From a virus, in the IMG/VR virus record IMGVR_UViG_3300021964_000015: a stretch of 64,000 nt of DNA, one strand, 5' to 3'. Of the stretch, positions 27,681 through 36,701 are shown in pieces. Under the pieces are notes generated by a model. It had not been told where the DNA came from. It made no database searches and saw nothing but the letters and a program-made list of their open reading frames with translations. The position numbers and the translations under genes are program-made. How positions within the stretch are numbered: position 1 is the first letter of the stretch; each line of letters starts with the position of its first letter.

Positions 27681-28172
27681 TTAGATCGTAATATTATTCC
27701 ATGAAATACCACGATCAATATTGGATATGGAAGTGCTTGTCACTCCATAAATCTTAGCTAGTTCTTTGAAGCCTTCATTGCGAGTTGTATACTCATTCAT
27801 GAATGCTTGATCGGCTAATAGTTGTTTGATTTCACGCACCTCCTTACCTCCTAACTTGGCATTACCGTTGACATAATGCCTGGATCTAGCCATACGCTTC
27901 CTTAGGCTAATGTTTGGAGGATCTACCTTAACAGCTTTTGCCTGTGGTGTCGGCTGTTTCGGGGGTGTGGGGGAAGAGAACAAGTCGAGTAGATCAACCT
28001 TCTCAACAGGTTGCTTACTTTGATTACCAACTGATTTCAACAGTTGGAAACCTAGGGTAACTGATTGCCCATCCTTTGTAACTGAGATGGTCACCTTGTT
28101 ATCCCTGGTAATCACACTGACGTGATCTGGTTTTGAAACATCAACTTGACTGAGTGCTTCCATGGGATGCAT
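27681..28172 (-). CDS. HTH-domain protein
   Basis: 'NAKL...VREIK...ELAKIYGVTSTSISNIDRGISW'. Confidence 0.6.
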   Translation of the reverse strand: MHPMEALSQVDVSKPDHVSVITRDNKVTISVTKDGQSVTLGFQLLKSVGNQSKQPVEKVDLLDLFSSPTPPKQPTPQAKAVKVDPPNISLRKRMARSRHYVNGNAKLGGKEVREIKQLLADQAFMNEYTTRNEGFKELAKIYGVTSTSISNIDRGISWNNITI

Positions 28173-28247
28173 TAGGTGCGTTGAAATAATACCTAGTACT
28201 CATCCAAAGACAAGTACTAGGTATAGAGTCTGAGGTCAGGTCACACG

Positions 28248-28475
28248 CTACATATGTGGTGTGAACCTAGGATCAGCGAGGAGTTGTGCAATGGAACACG
28301 CATCCTCCTCTACTTCTTCCTTGGTGCATCCCTCCCATTCATCCGATTGATTCTCGATGACCTGGCAACCCAGGTCTTCGAGTTGACATGCGAACATACC
28401 AAAGCTTTGTGCTTCGCCATAGACATGCCAAATACCGGAACCGTAGTCAGAGATTAACGCTACGTGAATGCTCAT
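28248..28475 (-). CDS. hypothetical protein
   Basis: ATG at 28475. Confidence 0.5.
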   Translation of the reverse strand: MSIHVALISDYGSGIWHVYGEAQSFGMFACQLEDLGCQVIENQSDEWEGCTKEEVEEDACSIAQLLADPRFTPHM

Positions 28476-28662
28476 GATGACAAGAAGTGTGTTGTGGGTT
28501 GGGATTGGTGATATCAATACCTAACAATGCAGGTACTGATAGTGCAGCAAGGATGATTGCAAGTGCTCCCACTGCAATATCATCCCATCGAGTCTTATTG
28601 GACTCGGGATAAGAATCAATGGTCACGAAGAGGTTCCTCCGCAGGCGTACGATCTGTTTCAT
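28447..28662 (-). CDS. small membrane protein
   Basis: 'IAVGALAIILAALSVPALLGI'; preceded by motif B. Confidence 0.55.
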   Translation of the reverse strand: MKQIVRLRRNLFVTIDSYPESNKTRWDDIAVGALAIILAALSVPALLGIDITNPNPQHTSCHHEHSRSVNL

Positions 28663-28680
28663 TGAGGTGATTTGGAATCC

Positions 28681-28717
28681 CTGGGACTTACACCACACAT
28701 ATTATGTGGATGCCCAG
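28681..28717 (-). repeat. motif B copy 5
   Basis: ctggg-cat-ccacataatatgtgtgg-tgtaagt-cccag. Confidence 0.8.
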
Positions 28718-28720
28718 TGA

Positions 28721-29083
28721 TTAGTTGATGAGGTAACGATATGCAAACAACATACCAATGTCATTCCTGATATCGTTAACTACCTTGTAATACTTCTGTC
28801 TGTTCTGGTACATGTAGATGCAACCTTCCCAGAACATCTGGATGATCAACACAATGAGTGCTACCAAGTGGATTGCTACCCACTTACAGTGTTGATGTAA
28901 ATACTGACGATAGAAGCTACCAATGGCATAACCTGCCTGGTATGTCTTCTTAATCATTGAAGCAATGATGTTCAAGCACCACAGCATCGCTGTGATGCTA
29001 AAGATTTCTCCACCTAGTGCATACAACTTACTTGCCAGTTGTACTGCTGTGTCGAGGTGGTGGATGAGAGTGAGATAATTCAT
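28721..29083 (-). CDS. membrane protein, hypothetical
   Basis: Two hydrophobic segments. Confidence 0.55.
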   Translation of the reverse strand: MNYLTLIHHLDTAVQLASKLYALGGEIFSITAMLWCLNIIASMIKKTYQAGYAIGSFYRQYLHQHCKWVAIHLVALIVLIIQMFWEGCIYMYQNRQKYYKVVNDIRNDIGMLFAYRYLIN

Positions 29084-29173
29084 GGTTCTCCATGTGAATT
29101 GATTTGGTTGATGCAGGATGTGAATCCTGCAGAAAACCCACTCACTTACGTAAGTAGGGTTAAGTGCAGGAAT

Positions 29174-29437
29174 CTAGTGGATAAGAGATTGGATGTATTC
29201 CATCTCCATGATGATGCCGTAGTTGTAGTAGTCCTCCATCTCCTGGTGAAGTTCTTTGGCACCAGTAGGCAAGCCTTCCATTAATGTACGAGTGTCAACG
29301 GCTATCCACTCGTATGGGCCATCAAAGTTAGGTGTTGCTATTAGGCACCACTTCTCGAAATGGATTTGATTCTTACTGCCGTACCATGTGACACGATACG
29401 TTTTCTCAGCCAAGGGTTGATAGATGAGGGGCTCCAT
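29174..29437 (-). CDS. hypothetical protein
   Basis: ATG at 29437 after motif C. Confidence 0.55.
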   Translation of the reverse strand: MEPLIYQPLAEKTYRVTWYGSKNQIHFEKWCLIATPNFDGPYEWIAVDTRTLMEGLPTGAKELHQEMEDYYNYGIIMEMEYIQSLIH

Positions 29438-29451
29438 GATCTTTAGTTGAA

Positions 29452-29760
29452 TAGATGCCACGGGATTGTGGCAATAACTGGGCAGGGGATTGCACCCTGC
29501 CTCCCGCTTTAACGGATCAGTTGATGAAATCTTCAGGATCCATGAGGTAAAGAAAACACATAGCTGTGTAGATCTTATGCTCATCCCAAGCTTCCGCTTC
29601 GGGATGAAGCCTGATCACCTCCTGGAACTGGTTAACAAACCATTGAGCATCGGCACCGTACACAGGTACGGAACCAAGCTCATCGTTTGCCATAACCTTG
29701 TTAGCGATTTCGAGTAGTGTCATGATGGTGTAAAGTAGATGCCACGGGATTGTGGCAATA
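29452..29760 (-). repeat. motif C: identical 25-nt hairpin repeat at 29452-29476 and 29736-29760
   Basis: tattgccac-aatccc-gtggcatcta (minus strand) twice. Confidence 0.8.
29517..29723 (-). CDS. hypothetical protein
   Basis: ATG at 29723 after motif C. Confidence 0.55.
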   Translation of the reverse strand: MTLLEIANKVMANDELGSVPVYGADAQWFVNQFQEVIRLHPEAEAWDEHKIYTAMCFLYLMDPEDFIN

Positions 29761-29800
29761 CCTGACCAGGGGATTTGATCCCCCGGCATCACGCTTGTGG

Positions 29801-29947
29801 TCAGATGAAATCGTAGTTGTCTTCGTTGCCCATGTAATTAATCAGTTCATCAAATAAATACGTCAGTTGAGAATCATCAACTTCACGTACAAGATCTGCA
29901 AACTGAAGCATGAGCTGTTCCAAACGATTAGCTTGGTCGATGTTCAT
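29801..29947 (-). CDS. 48-aa acidic protein, first early ORF (not in ORF track)
   Basis: MNIDQANRLEQLMLQFADLVREVDD...; preceded by motif A variant. Confidence 0.55.
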   Translation of the reverse strand: MNIDQANRLEQLMLQFADLVREVDDSQLTYLFDELINYMGNEDNYDFI

Positions 29948-29969
29948 TGGTGAAATGCGATTGAATTGT

Positions 29970-29994
29970 GCTACGTTTAACGTCCAGCTCGACG
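29970..29994 (-). repeat. motif A copy 5 (divergent)
   Basis: cgtc-gagctg-gacg-ttaaac-gtagc. Confidence 0.65.
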
Positions 29995-30451
29995 TAATAC
30001 CTAACTAAAAACAGTATTAACTCTGGTATAATTCACTGCTTGTTGCAGTGATTAAACAACAAACTGTTCTTTCTGGCGAAAGGTGTAGCGCGGAGATGTC
30101 CAATAATGAGCGCAAGTCAGGAAATGCTGACATTTCAAGGGTAAATTAACGTCAGCAGGTTACTTTCATCTAAATTCTCCTATAAACCCGCCCTCTCATT
30201 CATTAAACTAACCATTTATACTCACCACACCCTCTCTTTCTTTTTTTCTATACACATCTCGCGGCATACGGGGTATTACAGAAGCGTCAGAAAATTTTTT
30301 ATCCTTTTTTGACCTATAAGGAGCCGCCGCCCGCAACAAAGGATGGGTCCCTGGAGCTACGTGACACGAATTAATAATTAAAATTGTCTAAAATACGAAT
30401 TAATAACGAAAAATTGTAGTCATACCAAGGGATTTGCCCAACTTAATAGAC

Positions 30452-30482
30452 AAAAAAGCCGGGGTCTTTTTCCCCGGCCTTT
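30452..30482 (-). terminator. Rho-independent terminator after 30515-30724
   Basis: gccgggg...ccccggc stem with A6 tract on plus strand. Confidence 0.7.
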
Positions 30483-30514
30483 AACTAAGTTTTAATTAAG
30501 TTCTAATTAAACTC

Positions 30515-30724
30515 TCATCTACGGGAATCTTTTGATTTTTTTGCAGCAACAGCTGCTTCAAAATAAGATTCTTTATCAGGACGTTGCCTTACTAGCTCTT
30601 CGCGTGCGCCAGAGATAAAATTACGTACATCAATCTCATCACCACCGCTATCTGCAAGCTTTTTCGCTTCATTTTCAATTGCTTCTAACGCAATAATGCG
30701 CTCAGCCCGGTTCTTTGGGTTCAT
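30515..30724 (-). CDS. hypothetical protein
   Basis: 69-aa ORF followed by terminator. Confidence 0.55.
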   Translation of the reverse strand: MNPKNRAERIIALEAIENEAKKLADSGGDEIDVRNFISGAREELVRQRPDKESYFEAAVAAKKSKDSRR

Positions 30725-30836
30725 CGTAACGCAATCTACGGATATTTCTTGTGTTATTACTACTTTACCGCATATCTTTTTGCGTTATTGCCTTAAAATA
30801 CAAATATCAGGTTAATCGATAGCAAATAATCTACTC

Positions 30837-32981
30837 ATGGCCCTATCTCCTGCTGATTTTGCTGCATATAGTCGTGCTACTGGTGCTCCATACCCAGAAT
30901 CACCGCAGGAACGGGCCGAATTAGCTCCTGAGGTACTTGCATTCCGTCGTGGGCAACTTACACAACCCGAACAACAGTCAAATCTTCCTGCAATTCTTGG
31001 CGGTACGGTATTAGGCCTTGGTGCATTAGGTGCTGCACTCGCAGGAACAAGAAGATTTGCCCGTGGTACCAAGACCCAAAGTACACCTCAACGTGATTTA
31101 GGTATCGTTCGTCAGGCGGCCACTGGTCGGACTTCTGGTACTACTGCGCCTAGGACACCTGCGCCGCCCACCCCCGGCACCCCACCCTCTAGTGAGGGCG
31201 TAGCGCCTTCAAAAGTAACTGCAATCCCACAAGCAACGGTTGATTTAACTGACCTTACTCAAACTGATAGACCGCTTCCCTTTGGTGATCCATGGACTGG
31301 AGAAGCTGGCCCCCCTACTCCACTTATTCAAGGACCTATCTCTGCCCAGCAAAATCTTCAAAACTTTCTTGGTGAACCAACGCTGCCTTATAAAAGGACT
31401 GACTTATCAGTAGCACGAACCCCTGGATCTTTCCTAGATTTTAGTAAAACTGCTAGCGGTGAAGCCGCTGTCGAAAATTTAATTAACGACGTAGAGCTTA
31501 AAAAACTTGTATCTCAACAACGCCGTCAAGAGGGCGCTGAACTAGGCCGTGAAGCACAACGTCAAATGCGTATTGCTTCTGCTATTGAAACAGAAGCTGA
31601 TGAATATCTCGCGCAATTACGTCAAGAATCCCTTTCTCAACAGGCATTTGGTGCCTTGCAATCTGGTGAAGATCAGATGATAGGTCGCACGATGCGTGGC
31701 GTTCAACGCAATGAAGATCTTGATTCTTCTCAAGTAAATAGCGTTGTTCGTCAACTTGGCAGTGCAGATGCAGCTACATCTATCACTGCAGATGGTATTC
31801 CTGTCGATCAAACAGAAGGCTTCCGTGAGTTTAGCCAACGTGCAACTCAAAGAAAAAATCTTTTAGATGCACAATCTCAAATGTGGGCATTTGAAGAAGA
31901 GCTAGAAAATCAAGGACAAAAAGCACAAGCTTGGCTTAGAAAAATACAACAAAAACGGGAACCTCTTTTAGATATTGACTATCAAGTATATGATTTAATT
32001 GGTAGCGCTGCTGAAAAAGGAGTTCAACTTGAGCCCTCGCGTGCTCTTTCTTTACTAAAAGATCCGACAATTGAATTAACAGGCACAGAACAACGTCTGT
32101 TTGGTGTTGATCCTTTAATCGGTAAATTCGCTCTTAAAGGACAGACATTTGAGCCAAGGCAACAACAAACAGGTGCCTTTCTTGGTGTTCAGGGAGAATC
32201 TTTAAAATCGATTCAAAACGTAGGAGAAACACCTGGGTCCGGCGTAAGTCAAGCAGCTTCTGGTACCAGTATCCGAGGTCGTTCACGCATACCAAATGTG
32301 CCTGATGACTCAAGGCCAAGATTAAGTTCTCTTGGGGCTCCTGTAACAGAAGATGTTGTTTTTATTGATGAAGGAGGAACTGTAACAGTTTCTCCTGGCG
32401 AAGAACTTACCGAAATAGTTTTTGAATCAAAAGAACCTACTTATACGCGTTTTATTCGAGATCCTCAAGCCTCTCAACCACGACCTAAATTTTTTGCCCC
32501 CGGCCTTGCAAGTGCCGAACAGTTAAAACAAGGTTTAAAAGAAGAGTATGCTCCGAAAGGAATGCGAGCAGTTCAAACAGCAGAAGGAGGAACTTACTTT
32601 GTACCGATTGGAGACCCAGGGGGCATCGGTATATATGGAGAAGAACGAAGTTTTGCGTCTGGTCCAATCGTGAAATTTGATGATCCAGAACAAGAAAGAG
32701 TTGCCGGTGCATATACAAAAACTGCAATGCGTGCACCTACTGAGATGCCTTTCAAACAAAAACAAAAGGGAGGCGCTAATTTTAATGAGCTTTCTTCTCA
32801 GCAATTACAATCTTTTATTGAAAAAGCACCGCAAGGTACAATGCGCGTTGCTGGACAAAAAGAACAAGCACGGCGCGAAAGAGTAAAACAATCTTTACTG
32901 GCTTCTGAGTTATCTCGTAGGGCTACAATTGAAGGAAGAGATCCGCAAATGATTTTACGCGAACGCGGTTTTAATGTTTAA
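30837..32981 (+). CDS. large hypothetical (probable virion) protein
   Basis: 714 aa; one N-terminal hydrophobic segment; first late-region gene. Confidence 0.65.
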   Translation: MALSPADFAAYSRATGAPYPESPQERAELAPEVLAFRRGQLTQPEQQSNLPAILGGTVLGLGALGAALAGTRRFARGTKTQSTPQRDLGIVRQAATGRTSGTTAPRTPAPPTPGTPPSSEGVAPSKVTAIPQATVDLTDLTQTDRPLPFGDPWTGEAGPPTPLIQGPISAQQNLQNFLGEPTLPYKRTDLSVARTPGSFLDFSKTASGEAAVENLINDVELKKLVSQQRRQEGAELGREAQRQMRIASAIETEADEYLAQLRQESLSQQAFGALQSGEDQMIGRTMRGVQRNEDLDSSQVNSVVRQLGSADAATSITADGIPVDQTEGFREFSQRATQRKNLLDAQSQMWAFEEELENQGQKAQAWLRKIQQKREPLLDIDYQVYDLIGSAAEKGVQLEPSRALSLLKDPTIELTGTEQRLFGVDPLIGKFALKGQTFEPRQQQTGAFLGVQGESLKSIQNVGETPGSGVSQAASGTSIRGRSRIPNVPDDSRPRLSSLGAPVTEDVVFIDEGGTVTVSPGEELTEIVFESKEPTYTRFIRDPQASQPRPKFFAPGLASAEQLKQGLKEEYAPKGMRAVQTAEGGTYFVPIGDPGGIGIYGEERSFASGPIVKFDDPEQERVAGAYTKTAMRAPTEMPFKQKQKGGANFNELSSQQLQSFIEKAPQGTMRVAGQKEQARRERVKQSLLASELSRRATIEGRDPQMILRERGFNV

Positions 32982-32983
32982 TC

Positions 32984-33211
32984 ATGGCTGATAAAAAGAA
33001 AAAGAAAGATAAAAAGTGGATTCAAGGCATGGAGATGAAGGAAGGTGCCTTCACTGCTAAAGCCAAACGTAAAGGGATTACCACTGCCCAGTTACAAGAA
33101 AATGTACTATCAAATCCTGATAAGTACGATGATAAAACTGTGAAACAAGCACGGCTACGCAAAACACTGGTAGGGTTAAAGCAACGCAAGAAAGCTAAAG
33201 ACAATGGCTAA
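32984..33211 (+). CDS. small basic protein
   Basis: 'KKWIQGMEMKEGAFTAKAKR...KQARLRKTL'. Confidence 0.65.
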   Translation: MADKKKKKDKKWIQGMEMKEGAFTAKAKRKGITTAQLQENVLSNPDKYDDKTVKQARLRKTLVGLKQRKKAKDNG

Positions 33212-33764
33212 AGATCATCGGCTTGCATTAGATCGTTACATTGATTTCACTAAGGATCCTTTTGTCAAAAAAAGGAACGTTAATTTCAATGACTCCTTTG
33301 CAGTTAAAGCATCCACTGGTGCACCACCCTGGGTACCAAGCCGATTTGAACAATCTGATTTATTAAATCGTTTACAAACACGTAAGTTAAAACATAACCC
33401 CTCCCTTCAATTCGTTGGTGATGTACCAGAGGAGTATGAGGCTTTTGCTAATATCGGTCGCTTTGTTCGTAAGGAAAGCTATGACTTTAACGAAGGACGT
33501 GCATTAACTCCTTTACGTCCAGAGGATCAACCTGGTTTCTCTCCCGTTTGGGTGGAAGCATATCGCATTAGTCCGACCGTAGCTCCTGATAAGAGAAGTT
33601 CAAGTCCTATGCCACGTATGCGTAATCCTGATCCTAAGGGTTACATGATGGCTGCAGCAGAGAAGCGTGCATTAAACGAAGCAGAGGGTAATCAATCTGT
33701 TGCTTCTCTTCTTAGTGAAGAACCAAAAGATGGTGAAGACATCAAAAAAGATGAGGAAGCCTAA
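33204..33764 (+). CDS. hypothetical protein
   Basis: ORF, operon context. Confidence 0.6.
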   Translation: MAKDHRLALDRYIDFTKDPFVKKRNVNFNDSFAVKASTGAPPWVPSRFEQSDLLNRLQTRKLKHNPSLQFVGDVPEEYEAFANIGRFVRKESYDFNEGRALTPLRPEDQPGFSPVWVEAYRISPTVAPDKRSSSPMPRMRNPDPKGYMMAAAEKRALNEAEGNQSVASLLSEEPKDGEDIKKDEEA

Positions 33765-33795
33765 CGGCTTATAATACTAATAAAAGATAAATATC

Positions 33796-34374
33796 ATGGG
33801 TAAAGGTAAGTTATTTTCTAGTTTACTTAATGCGGCAAAAAGTTCTGCAGGACCTGCTTTGACCAGTGGTGCCCTTACGGGTGGACTTTCTTTATTAACA
33901 GGATCTAGTCCGCTAGCTGCTTTAGGTTATGGCTTGGCCGATACCCTTGCTTCCGGTGCCTCTGTTGCTGGAGTCAGAGCATTACGCCCTGGTTCTTATT
34001 CATCTAAAAAAGTAAGAAATCTAGATACTGGCAAGATTGAAACGATTAATAAAACTAGTCGTGCAGAAACGCCCGTCAACATCCTTGCTTCGATTGGCAC
34101 TGGCGCACTGGTATCAAATGTATTAGAACCTTCTCAAAGCCTACAAATTGCGCAACAGGTTGAACAGCGTTCTTTAATGAACAGGCTTCCGTTGTATGAC
34201 CAAGAGATGATGTTATCTCCTGGTACGCAATACCAGATGGCTGGGTTACCTACACAAGAAAGTTTTCAGCAATTATTGAATGACCAGTTGTCAAGTGCAA
34301 TGTCACCTAATACCAGCTGGATGGATTATTTAAATCCACAAGATCGTCAGTTAATTCAACAAGCACTTGGGTGA
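33796..34374 (+). CDS. Gly/Ala-rich hypothetical virion protein
   Basis: Hydrophobic GxxxG helices. Confidence 0.6.
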   Translation: MGKGKLFSSLLNAAKSSAGPALTSGALTGGLSLLTGSSPLAALGYGLADTLASGASVAGVRALRPGSYSSKKVRNLDTGKIETINKTSRAETPVNILASIGTGALVSNVLEPSQSLQIAQQVEQRSLMNRLPLYDQEMMLSPGTQYQMAGLPTQESFQQLLNDQLSSAMSPNTSWMDYLNPQDRQLIQQALG

Positions 34375-35306
34375 TCGACATGTTTCAACAATTTCAAAAC
34401 TTATTAACTGACCTAAAAACTGGCGCACGTAAAAGCGCAGAAGCAAGTAAAGCTGCGTATCAAAAAGGCGAGTACTATCCAAGCGTCTTAAAGATGCGTG
34501 GGTTGTATCAAGATGAATTAAATAAACTTGGTGTCAGCTTAAAAGAAACGCCAGTACAAGCAGTTGGCGCTGCTGGTGCAAGATTACTTACCGACTTAAC
34601 AAACGATGGAACGCGTGGTATCTATTGGCGTTATAACCATCCCCTAGCAATTCTTGGTGCAGGTGCTGAACTTGCTATTGGTAAAGAAGCTTATAGAGAA
34701 CTTGGCCCCACTAAAACTGGATTAATTGGCGCAGCAATCTCTGTACCGGCAACTGCATTGGCTGGTGCATATGACATCACTAATCCAGGTGAAATGTTTA
34801 GGCCAAAGGGTTATGCGCAGAGTTATGCTGAACCTGGATCAGAAGATCGCAGGGAAACAACTCAACCTGTGCCAGAGTTATTTGAGCGTTTCTTCCTGGG
34901 ACGTACTGGTAGACCCTTGAAGTATGAAACGGCAAAACAAGATATCCCTTCTTTGACGCCTGAGCGTTACGGTAACTACCTAAGAAACTATTATCAAGAT
35001 AAAGGTATTCTTGCTGGTTTAGTTAAAGGAACATCTGAAAACTTAGAAGGTGTACCAGAGGCAAGGGTCGTTGGCTATCCTGTAACTATTCCTTCTGTTA
35101 CTACAGCGGTTGGTGGTATTGCTGGCGCAGCTGCAGGTATACGTAGTGCACCAATACTTAAGCAATCATTCCGTCGTGGTTTAGCAGGCGCTGTACTTGG
35201 TGGTGGTGCAGGTGTAATTGCAGGTAATATTGCAAATGCAACGCTAGCAGCTAAACCAGTTGAGCAAAAGTTACCAACAACTGCTCAATATGAAATGATG
35301 CAATGA
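34371..35306 (+). CDS. Gly/Ala-rich hypothetical virion protein
   Basis: Glycine-zipper segments. Confidence 0.6.
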   Translation: MIDMFQQFQNLLTDLKTGARKSAEASKAAYQKGEYYPSVLKMRGLYQDELNKLGVSLKETPVQAVGAAGARLLTDLTNDGTRGIYWRYNHPLAILGAGAELAIGKEAYRELGPTKTGLIGAAISVPATALAGAYDITNPGEMFRPKGYAQSYAEPGSEDRRETTQPVPELFERFFLGRTGRPLKYETAKQDIPSLTPERYGNYLRNYYQDKGILAGLVKGTSENLEGVPEARVVGYPVTIPSVTTAVGGIAGAAAGIRSAPILKQSFRRGLAGAVLGGGAGVIAGNIANATLAAKPVEQKLPTTAQYEMMQ

Positions 35307-35337
35307 TAGAATTTATTTTATAGAAAGTTAGAATGTA

Positions 35338-36159
35338 ATGGCACGTGAACGTATCCCGCAAGGCGGACAATTAGCTGTATGGGATCCTTTGACGGCAGGT
35401 TTTGCTACCTTGCGGGATCCACGTGCTGCAGCTTCGTATTACGAACAACCTTTACAAAGAGCAAGAGTAGGAGCACAAGATTTCTTAAATAAATATGGCC
35501 GAGGCGCTTTAATTGCCGGTGCCGCCTTACCAGCTGTAGGTACTTCACTTGAAGAGCTGCAAGAAGGTCGCCCCCTGGGCGCAGTAGCTGCACTTGCACC
35601 AGCTGGTCTATCTGCACTTGGTACTGGCATGATTGGCCGTACGGGTCAGGCCATGATCGGCAAAGGAGGTGTTGCTGGCACTGCAGTTGGTTTAGGTTTG
35701 ATGGGATTAGGCGCTATCCTTCCCGGTGCTGCTGCCAAGGGCGCAGAAGCTGTACGCCAAAAGGTCACAGGTGAACCAACAACTGGTGGCGAAAGTTTAA
35801 GTACGGAACTTGCAAGAGCACGTAAACGTGCACAGTTTGAAAATGAGCTTGCGCAAGAGCGCATGGGTGTTAACCTTAGCGGAACGACTGATCTTCTGGC
35901 AGCAATAAGCAATCAACAGTTTACTGATCTCCAAAGGAATATTCCCTTAATTAATAAACTTAACGATGCAGCGCTTGTTCGTCAGCAAGCTTTACTTAAT
36001 ACACAAAATCAAGGTTATCTCCAGCAGGGCATGCTTGCAAATGCAGGCGCACTTGCCCGTGGAGCCCAAGCCGAAACAGGTGCAACTGTACGGACTGCTT
36101 TAACTAGTAACCCGTACTCAAATGTTGTAATGCAAGCTCCTCAAATTAGGTTTGGTTGA
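35338..36159 (+). CDS. Gly/Ala-rich hypothetical virion protein
   Basis: Glycine-zipper segments then Gln-rich coiled region. Confidence 0.6.
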   Translation: MARERIPQGGQLAVWDPLTAGFATLRDPRAAASYYEQPLQRARVGAQDFLNKYGRGALIAGAALPAVGTSLEELQEGRPLGAVAALAPAGLSALGTGMIGRTGQAMIGKGGVAGTAVGLGLMGLGAILPGAAAKGAEAVRQKVTGEPTTGGESLSTELARARKRAQFENELAQERMGVNLSGTTDLLAAISNQQFTDLQRNIPLINKLNDAALVRQQALLNTQNQGYLQQGMLANAGALARGAQAETGATVRTALTSNPYSNVVMQAPQIRFG

Positions 36160-36701
36160 TTATGGCAGGATTAGTTTCTCAAGGCCCGCTTATCCGGGAG
36201 CAAGTATTTAGAAATCCCTATCTCAATAGGGGCGTTTCTTTTGGTGAATTAGTGGACTTTCCATCTTTTCCACAAACGCGTACACCTGGCATTTTACCTG
36301 AACAAGGCACTTTGGCAGGTAGTTACATGGACGTACTGGCCAAGTATGGCCTAGAAGATGACACCGAAGCCAAACGTGATTTACTTAATATTTCTCTCTT
36401 TGGTGATTTAATGAAAAATCAAAAACAAAGTCCAGAAGAAATTAAAGAAATATTAGGGGCAGTTAGCGACTTCCGCAGGGCAGAAGGTGCAGAATTAGCA
36501 AAAGCTGCGGTTGGTCAAAACTTGGCCGCTCAGGGTATTGCCTCCCTTGGTAAAATGGGGGAAGCTGTAAATAGATTTAGAGAGATTCCTTTATTAGCGC
36601 TTGCGGGTCAAACACAACAGCTGCCAACAACTTTTGGTAATTACGGCAGCCAGCGCCCAGCGTTTGGTTCTAGTATTCGTACAAGATTAGGGAGGGCTTG
36701 A
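36156..36701 (+). CDS. hypothetical protein
   Basis: ORF, operon context. Confidence 0.55.
   Translation: MIMAGLVSQGPLIREQVFRNPYLNRGVSFGELVDFPSFPQTRTPGILPEQGTLAGSYMDVLAKYGLEDDTEAKRDLLNISLFGDLMKNQKQSPEEIKEILGAVSDFRRAEGAELAKAAVGQNLAAQGIASLGKMGEAVNRFREIPLLALAGQTQQLPTTFGNYGSQRPAFGSSIRTRLGRA

Noticed and set aside
24404-28717. Motif A/B repeats as a CRISPR array
   Set aside because: Separated by whole genes at irregular spacing; no spacer periodicity or cas genes
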